Origin: an uncultured delta proteobacterium
Lineage (GTDB): Bacteria; Myxococcota_A; Polyangia; Polyangiales; Polyangiaceae
DNA length: 64,000 nt
Assembly: GCA_963841435.1 (NCBI GenBank)
Contig: CAWJCS010000005.1
Location: 960,001-1,024,000 of the forward strand
Direction of reading: 5' to 3'
The stretch's first letter is position 1, and every line of letters starts with the position of its first letter. The translations under genes and the position numbers were made by a program. Under the pieces are notes generated by a model. That model ran no database searches. It had not been told where the DNA came from and saw only the letters and a program-made list of their open reading frames with translations. This document shows positions 9,210-20,360 of this stretch, piece by piece.

Positions 9210-10258
9210 CGCTCATGGTCCGCCGGAAGAGCCCGATGAACGTGGAGCTCCGGCGCATGCTCGTGGCGCTGACCGTGTTCGTGAGCACGATCACGGCCGG
9301 CGGCGGCGCGCTCTACGTGCTCGGCGAGGGCGACTACTCGTTCGGCGAGTCCGTGTACTTCGCGCTCATCACGGCCGCGAGCGTCGGCTTCGCCGAGCTG
9401 CCGGGCATGGCCCACCGCTCCGACCTGCGCATCGTCACGAGCCTCATGATCGTGACCGGTGTCGGCACCATTGCATTCTTCCAGTCCACCCTGACCGCGC
9501 TGCTGGTCGAGGGGGTGATTGGCGAAACGTTCCGGAGGCGCTGGATGACGAACAAGATCGACTCTCTACGGGGCCACCTGGTGGTGGCCGGCTGCGGCCG
9601 CACCGGGCGCTACATCGTCGAGGAGCTCGTGGCGATTCAGCGCGAATTCGTGCTGGTCGATCGCGACGAGGAAACGCTGCGGCGCATGAACGACGAGCTC
9701 GGCGGGGCGCTGCTCTACGTCGTCGGCGACGCCACCGACGACCACATCCTGATGCTCGCCGGCGTCAACCGGGCACTCGGCGTGATGGCCGCTCTCACCG
9801 AGGATCGCGACAATCTATTCATCGTCATGTCCGCGCGAGCGCTGAACCCGAAGGCGCGCATCGTGTCCAAGGTCATCGAAATCGAGAACGAATCGAAGAT
9901 CCGACGTGCCGGCGCCGACCAGACCATCAGCCTGCACCGGATGGGCGGCCAGCGCATGGTGAGCGAGCTCGTGCGCCCCAAGGTCACGAGTTTCTTGGAC
10001 AACATGCTGCGCGTCACGAAGAACCTGCGCTTCGAAGAGGTGGAGCTGCCCGAGGGGTCGCGCTACGTCGGAAAGACGTTGCGCGAAATCCCGATCCGGC
10101 AGGAAACTAGGCTGCTCGTCGTGGCTCTGCACGAAGAAGACGATCGCTACATCTACAATCCTTCCCCCGATCACGCCTTGCTCGCGGGCACGCGGCTCAT
10201 CGTGATGGGTGAGCTCGATGGCGTGGAAAAGCTGAGGAACCTCGTCAGTAGGCACTGA
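9206..10258 (+). CDS. Two-TM potassium channel protein with RCK (TrkA-N/TrkA-C) domains
   Basis: Two TM helices flanking pore helix YFALITAASVGFAE; HLVVAGCGRTG Rossmann motif; GDATDD; TrkA-C GKTLRE..IR; ATG overlaps the upstream TGA. Confidence 0.9.
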   Translation: MTLMVRRKSPMNVELRRMLVALTVFVSTITAGGGALYVLGEGDYSFGESVYFALITAASVGFAELPGMAHRSDLRIVTSLMIVTGVGTIAFFQSTLTALLVEGVIGETFRRRWMTNKIDSLRGHLVVAGCGRTGRYIVEELVAIQREFVLVDRDEETLRRMNDELGGALLYVVGDATDDHILMLAGVNRALGVMAALTEDRDNLFIVMSARALNPKARIVSKVIEIENESKIRRAGADQTISLHRMGGQRMVSELVRPKVTSFLDNMLRVTKNLRFEEVELPEGSRYVGKTLREIPIRQETRLLVVALHEEDDRYIYNPSPDHALLAGTRLIVMGELDGVEKLRNLVSRH

Positions 10259-10261
10259 GAC

Positions 10262-11275
10262 ATGGCGATCGTCACGACCTTCGGGGAGATCATGTTGCGT
10301 CTCAAGACGCCGGGTTACTCGCGTTTCGGCCAGGCGACGGAGCTCGAGGCGACTTTCGGCGGCGGCGAAGCCAACGTCGCCGTCAGCCTGGCGCAGCTCG
10401 GACACGTGGCGCGCTGGGTCTCGGTGGTGCCGAAGAACGCCATCGGCGACTGGGCGCTCGCGGAGCTGCGCAAGGTGGGGGTCGACGTGAGTCACGTCCT
10501 GCGGCAAGGCGAGCGGCTCGGCATCTACTTTTTGGAGGCGGGGGCGAGCCAGCGCGCGTCCCTCGTGGTCTACGACCGGGCGCGCTCGTCGATGAGCGCC
10601 GTCACGCCGGACGACCTCGATTTCGACCGCGCGCTCAAGGGCGCCAAGTGGTTCCACACCACGGGCATCACACCCGCACTCTCGCAGGGCTCGGCCGACG
10701 CCATGCTGAAGGCGTTGCTCGCCGCCAAGGGCGTCGGCTGCACCACCTCGGTGGACCTGAACTATCGAAAGAAGCTCTGGTCGTCGGCGCGCGCCGGCGA
10801 GGTCATGTCGAAGGTGATGGGGCATACCGACGTGCTCGTGGCGAGCGAAGAGGATTGCGAGCAGGTGTTCGGCATCCGCCCGAGCCCCGCGGCGGGCGCA
10901 GGCCGCGAGCGCTACCTCGATGTCGCGGCGCAGGTCCTCGCCCGTTTCCCGGGCATCTGGTGCGTCGCCTTCGCGCTCCGCGACAACCAGAACGCCAGCA
11001 AGACGGGCTGGAGCGCGCTGCTCGCGGATCGTCAGGGCCACGCCTTCAGCAAGAGCTACGACATCAACGTGGTCGATCGCGTCGGAGCGGGAGATTCGTT
11101 CGTGGCGGGGCTCGTGCACGCCCTGCTCGCCGGGCGCGACCAGCGGGCCGCCGTGGAGTTCGCCGCGGCGGCGTCGGCGCTCAAGCACTCGTTCCAGGGC
11201 GACGCGAACCTGGCGACGCTCGACGAGATCGAGCGCCTCGCATCGGGCGACGCTTCGGGCCGCGTGCAACGCTGA
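10262..11275 (+). CDS. kdgK: 2-dehydro-3-deoxygluconokinase (PfkB family sugar kinase)
   Basis: FGEIMLRL, GGGEANVAVSLAQLG, DLNYRKKLW and DRVGAGDSF motifs. Confidence 0.85.
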   Translation: MAIVTTFGEIMLRLKTPGYSRFGQATELEATFGGGEANVAVSLAQLGHVARWVSVVPKNAIGDWALAELRKVGVDVSHVLRQGERLGIYFLEAGASQRASLVVYDRARSSMSAVTPDDLDFDRALKGAKWFHTTGITPALSQGSADAMLKALLAAKGVGCTTSVDLNYRKKLWSSARAGEVMSKVMGHTDVLVASEEDCEQVFGIRPSPAAGAGRERYLDVAAQVLARFPGIWCVAFALRDNQNASKTGWSALLADRQGHAFSKSYDINVVDRVGAGDSFVAGLVHALLAGRDQRAAVEFAAAASALKHSFQGDANLATLDEIERLASGDASGRVQR

Positions 11276-11276
11276 G

Positions 11277-11879
11277 CTACCCCTTGTCCACCCCTTCTGA
11301 CGACGATGCCCGCGGCTCGCGACGGCGGCGGCGGGCGCGAACGACGAGGTGCACGACGCCGGCCGTTACGCCGACGAAGAGGATGACGGCGAGCGCATGC
11401 TCCTCGAACTTCCGTGCGCGCTCCAAGGCGAGGGCAAACCCGCCACCGAACGCGTAGCCGGCGGCGGCGACGCTCGTCGCCCAGAGCGCGGCCCCGATGG
11501 CGTTGAGCGCGAGGAAACGCGGAATCGAGATGTGGCTCAGACCCGCCGCGAGCGGCACGGCGTTGCGGATGCCGTAGATGAAGCGAAAACCGATGAGGAG
11601 CGCGGTGCCACGTCGCTCGAGCAGCGCCGTCGCTCGAGCGACGCCCGCCGCGAGGCGCGGAAACCGGCCGATCAGCTTCAGACCATGCTCCCGACCGAGA
11701 AAGAAGGCGACCTGGTCGCCCGCGAGGCTGCCGCAGAACGCCGAGAGCATCACGACGGGCAGCGAGAGGTAACCCTGGTGCGCGGCGAAACCGCCCATCA
11801 CGAGGATGGTTTCCCCTTCGAAGAAGGTCCCCACGAGAATCGCGAGAAAGCCGTACTCGCGCAGTAGCTCGGCGAGCAT
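11277..11879 (-). CDS. DedA family membrane protein
   Basis: GTFFEGE, GDQ..FFLGR, RFIYGIR motifs. Confidence 0.92.
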   Translation of the reverse strand: MLAELLREYGFLAILVGTFFEGETILVMGGFAAHQGYLSLPVVMLSAFCGSLAGDQVAFFLGREHGLKLIGRFPRLAAGVARATALLERRGTALLIGFRFIYGIRNAVPLAAGLSHISIPRFLALNAIGAALWATSVAAAGYAFGGGFALALERARKFEEHALAVILFVGVTAGVVHLVVRARRRRREPRASSSEGVDKG

Positions 11880-11885
11880 GCCGCC

Positions 11886-14800
11886 TCAGGGACCAGGCTC
11901 GAGCGGGGGCGGCTCCGGCGGCGCGTGCGCGGAGATGAGGGGCTCCGAGGGCTCGAGCACGGCGCCGCTCGCCACGGCGAGCGCGTCGGCCGTGGCGTTC
12001 CCGAGAATGTCGCGCACGACGCGCCGACGCAAAAAGAGCCCCTTGAGCACCGGGTCGCGAATGAACGAGAGCAGCCGCCGCGCGTAGTCGGACGCACGCG
12101 CGCGCATCTCCTCGGCCTGCGGGGAGCCCGCCTTGCGCAACGCCTCGCAGCACAACGCGCGCGTGAACAGGCCGTACTCGGAGCCCTGCAGCGTCTCGAT
12201 GGCGCCCATGGCGGTCGTCGCGAGCAGGATTCCCGTGTGCTGCTCGCCCATTTCCACGCGCGCCGAGGCCTCGATCGCCATGGCGTAAAAGTGGAACGCC
12301 ACGTAGGCCTGTGCCTCGGCCGACTGGCGCGCGTCGAACGCGTGCATCACGGCCTTCGCAGGGTCGCCGGCGCGGCGCGCCAGCACGGCACGCAGGATTT
12401 TCTCGTGCACGGAATCGTAGGCGCTGCCGGTGACGGCGGTGAGCGCGCCGGCGTCGCCGACGAGCATCTCGGCGCCGTCGACGTCGTCGCACTCGAGCAC
12501 GATCTCCGCGAGCGAGAGCAGCGTGTCGGCGCGCGAGTCCTGCTCACCATAGCGCTCGTGGGCCTCGCGCGAGCGGCGCATGTACGCGAGCCCGCGCGCG
12601 TAGTCGCCCAGCGCGACGTAGCACTCGCCGATCGTGCTGAGCGTCTTCGCGATCTGAAAGCGCCCGCCGACCGCGAGATCGATGCTGATGGCGTCGAGCG
12701 CCAGCATGATGCCGTCCTCGAAGCGCCCGAGCACGAGCAGCGCGTAGGCGAGCGAGTTCTTGGCGCGGGCCTCGAGGCGGCGCGCGCCGACCTGGCGGAA
12801 CACGGCGACCGCCTCGGCCTGCGCTTCCATCGCCTCGTGCACGCGCCCCACGCGCCGGAGCAGCGTGCCGCGCAGCCTCAGCACCTCGGCGCGCTGGCGC
12901 GCTGGCACCTCGTTCGTGTCGGCGGTCGAGAGCGCGCGATCGACCGCGGCGAGCGCGCCCTGCATGTCGCCGAGATCATGCAGGGTCTCGGCGATCAGCG
13001 CGCGGGCCCGCACCTCGAGCCCTGCCGAGCCCGCCTGCGTGGCGACGAGCTCGCCGCGCTGCGCGCTCTCGAGACCCTTGGCGAGCCGCCCCGAGTCGAG
13101 CTCGAACTGCGCCGTCGCGAGCAACGCCGTCGCGACCCAGCGCGGGCTCTTCTTTTGGCGGGCCAGCTGCCTGAGCGAACGCAGGTGTGAGCGCCGCTCG
13201 CGCCAGCGACCCTGCATGCGAAAAAGCGCCTCGAGCGCTTCGTGGGCTTCGAGCGTCCCCGTGTCGCCGTCGGGCAGGAGCGCCACGGCGCGGCGGTAGT
13301 AGCGACGGGCAAGCGCGAGCTGATGGCTGTTGCGCGCGGTATGTCCGGCCTCGAGAAACAGCGCCCCCGCCTGCTCGCGTGCGCCGCCGCGCGCGAGATG
13401 CTTCGCGACGACGGCGGCGGTGAGGCCCTTGGCGAGCGGCGTCTCGAGCAACAGCATGCCGATGTCGTGGTGCATGCGGGAGCGGCGCCGGCGATCCAGC
13501 GTGCGGTAGGCAACGTCGCGCGTCAGCGGGTGGCGCACGTCGACGACCTCGCCGCGCTCGTCGCACAGCCCGCGCTCGCCGAGACGCGCCACGAGCTCGT
13601 CGGAGGTGGGGCCGGACAGCGACGTCGAGATCGCGACGCGAAAGCGGCCCGCCTGCCACCGCGAGCCACTCGACGAGCGCGCGCTCCTCGGGCGGCAGCT
13701 CGTTGAGGCGGTCGGCGATGAGCTGCTCGAGCGTCGAGGGAAGCGGCACGGCTGGCTGCCCGGGGCGCTCGACTTGCACGAGCTCCTGCCGGTGATCGGG
13801 GCGTTCGCGAATCTCGAGCTGCCCACGCTCGAGCAGTGTGTCGACCATCTCGAGCAGGAAGAACGGATTGCCGGCGGCACGCGGCACGAGATCGGCGCAA
13901 GCCTGGGCGACGCCCGCCGTGACGCCGAGGCGCGCCTGCAGGAGCCGGACCTGGTTCTCGCTGCTGAGGCCCTTGAGATCGACGCGCACCAGCCCGTGGA
14001 TGGAGCCCGCCGTGCGCTCGTCGGGGCGCGTCGTGAAGAGCGCGAGCACGGGCAGCGGGTCGCCCTGGCGCAGGAAATCCGTGAACGGCTCGAGGCTCTG
14101 ACGGTCGCACCACTGCACGCCGTCGAGCACGGTGACGAGCGGCCCCGACTGCGTCGCCACGGCGACGAGGCCGCGCAGCGCGAGAGCGATCATCTGTCGC
14201 ACGCGGGCGGCGTCGGCGTCGGCGTCGTCAGCGGCTTCACGCACGTACCCCGTGCAGAGCTCGGCGACGAACGTCGCGATTTCGAGCGCCTCGTCGTCCT
14301 CGGGATCGCCAAGCGCGCTCATGACGAGGGCGATGGCTTCGTCGAGCGCTTGATCGACATGGGTGTCGGTGAGCTCGCGGAACCAGTCGCTCACGGTGGC
14401 GTGCGGCACCTCGCTGAGCGCCGGCGTGCACTCGATGCAGACGAGACGCGCGTCGGGTGGCAAGTCCGAAAGGAACGCCGAGACGAGCGCCGTCTTGCCG
14501 ATGCCCATCTCACCGTGCACGACGCGCGCGGCGACCCTGGGTGGCGACTGCTCGGAGCCGACCGCCCCGTAGTAGGCCGAGTGCAAGTCCGCGAGCTCGG
14601 CGTCGCGGCCCACGAGGTCGCTCGGCAGGGACTGCAGTGTCTGGAGCCGCTCCTCGCGCGTGTGGGGCCTGAGCAGCGAGTAAATGCGGAGGTTTGGGGG
14701 CAAGCCGAGCCGCTCGTACTCGGCAATCTTCACGGTGGGCGCGTCGCCCCACACGAAGTCTCGACGCACGAGGCGGTAGAGCCCGCCCGCGACCCAGCTC

Positions 14801-16386
14801 ACGCCGGGCGGCGCCTGCTCACCGAGCAGGTCCGACAGATGATTGGCGGACTCCTGAAGCTCGTGCTGGATGAGGTGCCCTGCCTTGTCGCGCTTGCCCG
14901 TGGCGATGCCGCGGACGATGCCGACGCTCGCCGACAGTCGCACGGGCAGATCCTCGGTGCTGCCGCGCACGACCTCGTGCACGTCGATGGCGAGCCAGAC
15001 CGCGTCGGCGGGCGCCCGCGAGGGGTTCGCCATGAGGCCCACGACGGCGCGCGCCGACGTGGACGCTCCCGTGGACGCGGTCTCCCACGCCCAGCGCGCA
15101 CCGCGGCGGAAGGCCGCTTCGCCGAGCGTCGCCTTGAGCTGGGCGAACACGCGCATCGCCTGCGACTCGCCCAGCGCTTCCGAGAGCTCCTTCAGCCCAT
15201 GGACCTTCACCGTCACGATGGCCACGTGGCGGACCTCGCGATTCGAGCGCTCGCGCCCCTCCTGGCCGGGTCCGCCCGGGCCCGTCCGCTCGTCGGCGCG
15301 CGCGTCGGTCGACGCGGTGCCCTTCGTCTGCAAGACGGAAAGCCCGACGTTGGCCTCGCTGCCGAGCTGGCTCTCGTGCAGCTTCTCGTTGCCCTTCGGC
15401 TCGACGGGGGCCATCTGCTCGTGGCCCACGAAGTCGGCAATCACCGTCTCGAGCACGTGGGCGTCCACGAGCTGCTGGCGCTGGAACAGGGCCCGGCTGA
15501 TGCTGCTCGCCAGGTCGCGCGCCGTTTCGAAGCGATCTTCGGGAATTTTCGCGAGCGCGCGCATCGCGATTTCCTCGAGCTCGCTCGGCAGCTCGCGCAC
15601 GAACGTGCTCGGCGGCTCGACGACGCCCGCCCTCACGAGGTCGAGCAGCTCCGGCCCCTCGGCGGCACCGTGCAGCGAACGACCCGTGAGCAGCTCGTGG
15701 AAGACCACGCCGAGGGAATAGATGTCGGTGCGACGCGACACCTTCTCGCCACGGGCCTGCTCGGGCGACATGTACGCGGTCTTGCCCTTGAGCACGCCGG
15801 GCTCCTCGCGAAACAGATTCGCGGTGGCGATGCCGAAATCGGCTATTTTGACGGCCCCATCGAGCGACAAGAGGATGTTCTGCGGGGAGACGTCGCGGTG
15901 CACGATGTCGAGCGGTCGGCCGGCTTCGTCCTTGCGCTCGTGGGCGTAATGCAGGCCCTTGGCGACCTCGGCCACGACGTACGCCGCGACGAACGGCGGG
16001 ATGCGGCGATTCTGTCCCTGCGCGAGCCGCACCAGCCGCTTGAGGTCGGGACCCTCGACGAACTCCATGCTGAGGAGCTGCCCCTCGTCGCCGTAGTCCT
16101 GAAAGTCGTAGACCTGGACGATGTTCGGGTGGTTGAGGCGCGTGGCAAGCTGCGCCTCCTCGGCGAACATGCTCCGAAAGCGGCGTGACTCGCCGAACGC
16201 CGGCAGGATGCGCTTGAGGACGAGCAGCTTGAAGGTGCCCTCCGCGCCACGTTTCTTGGCGAGAAACACCTCGGCCATGCCGCCCGCGCCCAGACGTCGG
16301 ACGATCTCGAAGTCCGCAAGCCGCTTCGGAGGGGGCTTCGGCGACGGCTTGGACGCAGGTTTGGGCGGCGGGGAGGAGTCGCTCAT
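11886..16386 (-). CDS. Ser/Thr protein kinase - cyclase-like - STAND AAA ATPase - TPR protein, apparent 1-nt frameshift near 13623
   Basis: Kinase motifs LGAGGMAEV, HRDVSPQN, DFG, YMSPE; LVGRDAEL and Walker A GEMGIGKT; GNPFFL; ORF 12976-16497 switches after RRDL into ORF 11886-13880 (SLSGPTSDELVARL...RHPLTRDVAY, then TPRs). Confidence 0.88.
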
Positions 16387-16460
16387 CGGGCGCACGGGCT
16401 GGGTGGCGCGAGCGGTGAACCTTACCGCGACCCAAAGAGCCGGTGTAGACTCGCTGCCGC

Positions 16461-18704
16461 ATGCCCCATGATCGACCGCTGGCGCGCGGCCGCGCACGCC
16501 GTTTGGGGTCCCTGGCCGCCCTCGGCCTTTCGGTCTCGCTCGCCGCGTGCAGCGGCGGCCGGGCCGCGACCCACGACCCGGCTTCCGCCCACTCCATCGG
16601 CACCGTCAAGCCCACGCCCGTCGACGACGGAGCCTTCGCGGAGAGCGCCTACCGGGTCCTGATCGGCGCCGACAGCGGGCGCGAGCGGGCAAGCCTGGTC
16701 TCCGGCGTCGTCGGACGCCAGCTGGAGCGGGCGCTCCGGCGCTTCAACGCCGAAGAACCGGAGGCGGGGCTCTCGGCGGTCGAGGGAGCGTTCCTCTTGA
16801 TGCAGCGCGGCGAGTTCCGCGAGGAGGGGCTCGTGGGTAACGACCGGGCGTTGTCGGCCGCCGCCGAAGAAGCCGCGCGCACGGGCGAGGAAGGGTACGC
16901 GCTCGCGCTCTACTCGCTGCTCGACGACCTCTTACCGGCGGGCCCGATGCGCGACGACGTGCGAACGCACCTCGAGGCCATGGCGGCGTTCAGCGCCCCG
17001 ACCGACGCCGTGGGGCCGCTCGTCGCGAGCGGGACGAGCGCGCGCGTGGCAACGCAGCGAGCGCTCATCGACAGTGGCGACGAACGCTTCGCCGAGGCGT
17101 CGAAGGGTCTGCTCGCCTGGGTGGCCAAGGCGCAGCAGAAAGGGCTCCCCGACGCGCCCGTGCGCACGAACGCCGAGCGCGACGAGGCGCTCGAAGCCTA
17201 CCGGGCCCTCAGGGGCGGCGGCTACACGCTGGTCGCGCTCTACTTGCGCCACGGTGACCCGCTGGGCGCGCCGGCCGCCGCCGATCAGGGTGCCCTCGAC
17301 CGCATGATTTCGCCGGAGCTGCGCGCTCGGCTCGAGGCCGCAGCCGACGACGACGCGGACGCCTGGTTCGATCTTTACCGCTTCTACGACTCACGCGAGG
17401 CCCAGTCGGAGCTGTCGATCGACGCCGAGCTCTTCCGGGGCGCGGCGTTCGGCGTGGCCGTGTCGCTGTTCCGCGCGGAGCCCGGCAGCTTTCGCGGTGC
17501 GCTGCCGCTCGCCACGCGTCTCGTGGCAGAGGGCATGGCGGAGGTCGCGCCCCTGGTCTTGAACAGCGGCCTCGCACGCGGCGCGAACCCCGACCAGCTC
17601 GCCGCGGCGCTCGCGCTCGTGTTGAACGCCATGGTCTCGGAGAACCAGCTCGGCCAGCACGACGCCGCCCGCCGAACGTTTGCCGGTGCCGAGCCGCTGC
17701 TCGCGCTCGCGAGCAGCAAGGCATTTGCGGGCCGCGTGAGCCCGAGCCCCGCGCGGCTGCGCTACGTGATGGGAGCGCTCGAAGCCGACTACGGCGACGT
17801 CGAGCGGGCCGCGGCGCTCGTGCGCGAGTCACTCGAGCAGGAGCCGTCGCTCGACGCGCTCAAGGTCCTCGCCGCCATCCTACGGCACAAGGGCGATCAG
17901 AAGGGGGCCCTCGACGTGCTCGAGCGAGCGCGCAAGCTCGCAGAGCGGACCAACGACGCGCTCGAGGAAGCCGAGAGCTGGCGCGCGACCTTCGAAGTGC
18001 TGCGCGACGCGGGCGACCACGCGGGCGCCGGGCAAGCGCTCGACATGGCGCTCGCTCGCGCGCTCGATGCGACGCGGCAAAGCCGCCCGGGCCCGGCGCA
18101 GGCCCGCGCCGAGCGCGTGCTGGCTCACGTGCTCGAGCACTTCGGCGAGCGCGCGGCGACCCGCCGGGCGACCCAGCGCGCCTACGATGCATCGGCGTCC
18201 GACGCGAACCAGCTGAGCGCCACCGTGATCGACGCCGCACGCCGGGCTCTCACGCGCAAGGACCTGCCGGGCGCGCGGGCCGCTGCGGCGCAGGCGCTCG
18301 AGGCGGGCCTTGCCGCGGACGACATGGTGTACGTCGCGCTCTGGCTCCAGCTTCTGGAGATGGAGCTCGGTGTGCCGAGCGACGGCAGCGTGGAAAATGC
18401 GTTCTCCGCGATGGACGACGCGAAGGGCTGGAGCAGCAAGCTCCGAGCGTGGGGTCGCGGCAAGCTTTCGGACGCCGAGCTCGTCCGAGGAGCGAGCAAC
18501 GCCGCCGAACGCACCGAAGCCACGTTCTACACGGCCATGGCGCGTCGGGTGCGCGGCGATCGGAGCACCGATGGCGAGCTGGAGAAGGTCACCCGCAGCG
18601 AAGCCGTGAACCTCGTCGAGGTCGGCATCGCCCGTGATCTGCTCGCTCAGCACGCGGGCGCCGAGCACGGCTTCGCCCTGCCCGCGGGCGTCGCGTTGCC
18701 CTGA
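16461..18704 (+). CDS. Large alpha-helical TPR-like lipoprotein
   Basis: Lipobox LAAC; Ala-rich TPR-like helical repeats; divergent from the kinase gene. Confidence 0.75.
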   Translation: MPHDRPLARGRARRLGSLAALGLSVSLAACSGGRAATHDPASAHSIGTVKPTPVDDGAFAESAYRVLIGADSGRERASLVSGVVGRQLERALRRFNAEEPEAGLSAVEGAFLLMQRGEFREEGLVGNDRALSAAAEEAARTGEEGYALALYSLLDDLLPAGPMRDDVRTHLEAMAAFSAPTDAVGPLVASGTSARVATQRALIDSGDERFAEASKGLLAWVAKAQQKGLPDAPVRTNAERDEALEAYRALRGGGYTLVALYLRHGDPLGAPAAADQGALDRMISPELRARLEAAADDDADAWFDLYRFYDSREAQSELSIDAELFRGAAFGVAVSLFRAEPGSFRGALPLATRLVAEGMAEVAPLVLNSGLARGANPDQLAAALALVLNAMVSENQLGQHDAARRTFAGAEPLLALASSKAFAGRVSPSPARLRYVMGALEADYGDVERAAALVRESLEQEPSLDALKVLAAILRHKGDQKGALDVLERARKLAERTNDALEEAESWRATFEVLRDAGDHAGAGQALDMALARALDATRQSRPGPAQARAERVLAHVLEHFGERAATRRATQRAYDASASDANQLSATVIDAARRALTRKDLPGARAAAAQALEAGLAADDMVYVALWLQLLEMELGVPSDGSVENAFSAMDDAKGWSSKLRAWGRGKLSDAELVRGASNAAERTEATFYTAMARRVRGDRSTDGELEKVTRSEAVNLVEVGIARDLLAQHAGAEHGFALPAGVALP

Positions 18705-18711
18705 GCGCGGC

Positions 18712-20290
18712 TCAGGCGGTCGTGGAAGGCAAGCGCTCGCGCGGCGCGAGCGGCGAAAGCTCGAACCAGTCGAAGTCGGCGGGAGGCGCCGGGTCCTTTT
18801 CGCTCGCCGCGAAAAGCCCGACGCACGCGCCCGTGAAGCCGCCGGCCGCCTCGCTCGAAAGCGGCACCGTGGGAGCGCTCCCCAGGCAGAGCGCCGTGCC
18901 CGTACGCGGAGCGACGAAGAACTCGTAGCGGTCGGGGTACGCCTCGATCGAGAGCGTCCACGGGCCCGGGCCCACCGGCACCTCGCCGACGACGCTCGAG
19001 ACGCCTTGCACCCGCGTGCAGAGCCGTGCGCGAGGACCGTCGCTCGCGGGCACCACGACTAGGTCGTAGTGATTGTCCTCGTTGGCGCGCACGACGAGGC
19101 CCGCCTGGTCGCCCGCATGCTCGGGCAGGAAATCGAGTCGCGTCGCGGCGCGGCAGCGAAAGTGGCACTGGCGTCGCGCCACGAACGCGGGCGACGCCAC
19201 GTCGTCGAGCGTCGTCCGGGTGCCGTGGAGCCTCAGCCAGCCGGGACGCTCGCCGAGCGAGAAGCGAGCCGCGTCGACGTTGCGCAGCGTGATCCAGCCG
19301 ATGGCGAGCTCGTCGGCGTCGAAGTCGTCGCGCGGCGCCGTCTCGGCAACGGGCACGGGACGAGGCAACCCCTCGGCTTCCATCTCGAGCCCGATGGGTG
19401 CGCCGCCGTTGACGAGCGGCCAGCCATCGTCGGCCATCGACAAGGGGCAGAGGAAGGTCTCGCGCCCGAGGTGGTGGTGCGCACCGTCGGTCGGGCGAAT
19501 GCCGAGCAGCACGAGAAACAGCGCTCCGCTTTCGGTTTCGACGAGGTCGGCGTGCCCCGTTGCCTGGATGGGCTCGGCGGGACGATCGCGGTGCGTGAGC
19601 AGCGGGTTTCGTGGGCACGGCTCGAAGGGGCCCCACGGCGAGCTCGAGCGAGCGAGCGTGAGCGAATGCTCGTAGCTCGTGCCCCCCTCGGAGATCATCA
19701 GGTAATAGCGCCCTGCGAGCTTGTAGAGGTGCGGTCCTTCCGGCCAGCGACCGCCCGTGCCGCTCCAGACGAGTCGCGGCTCGTCGAGCAGCTTTCCGCG
19801 CTCTACGTCGAGCTCGGCCTGGTAGATGCCGCCGTGCTCGCCACCACCGTGGCGCGTGTAGTAAACGCGCCCGTCGTCGTCGAAGAAGAGCGACGGGTCC
19901 ATGCCCCAGTCGTCCTCGTGCAACCACACGGGCTCGGACCACGGCCCCGCGGGGTCGCTCGCCGTCACGTAAAAGTTGCCGCCGCCCGACATGTTCGTCG
20001 TGACGAGATAGAAGGTGCCGGCGTGGTAGCGAAGCGTCGGCGCGAAGATGCCCTTCGAGCTCTTCGCCCCCTCGAGCTCGAGCTGGCTGCGGCGCGTGAG
20101 CGCGTGCCCGATGGCACGGAAGTGGACGAGATCAGCGCTTTCGAACAGCGGAACGCCCGGAAAGTACTCGAAAGAGCTCGTCGCCATGTAGTAACGGCCA
20201 CGAGCGCGGCACACCGAGGGGTCCGGGTGAAAGCCCGGGAGGATGGGATTCGAGTAGTGGGCGATGGCAGGCTCACCGCGAAAATTTCAC
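18712..20290 (-). CDS. Glycoside hydrolase family 43 (beta-xylosidase/arabinofuranosidase) with C-terminal beta-sandwich; apparent 1-nt slip just after the start
   Basis: NPILPGFHPDPSVC, SSFEYFPG, FAPTLRYH, DPSLFFDDDG, EGPHLYK, ATGHADLV; AGGAGG lies 8 nt before GTG 20290, which is out of frame by one T in TTTT (20281-20284). Confidence 0.9.
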
Positions 20291-20360
20291 GTGGCCCGCC
20301 TCCTACCGCGCTCCGTTGGCGAACTCCACCCGATCGCGTAAAGTCGGGCGCCCATCGACG

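Noticed and set aside
13600-13640. Programmed ribosomal frameshift in the kinase gene
   Set aside because: No slippery heptamer; similar single-base breaks recur across unrelated genes
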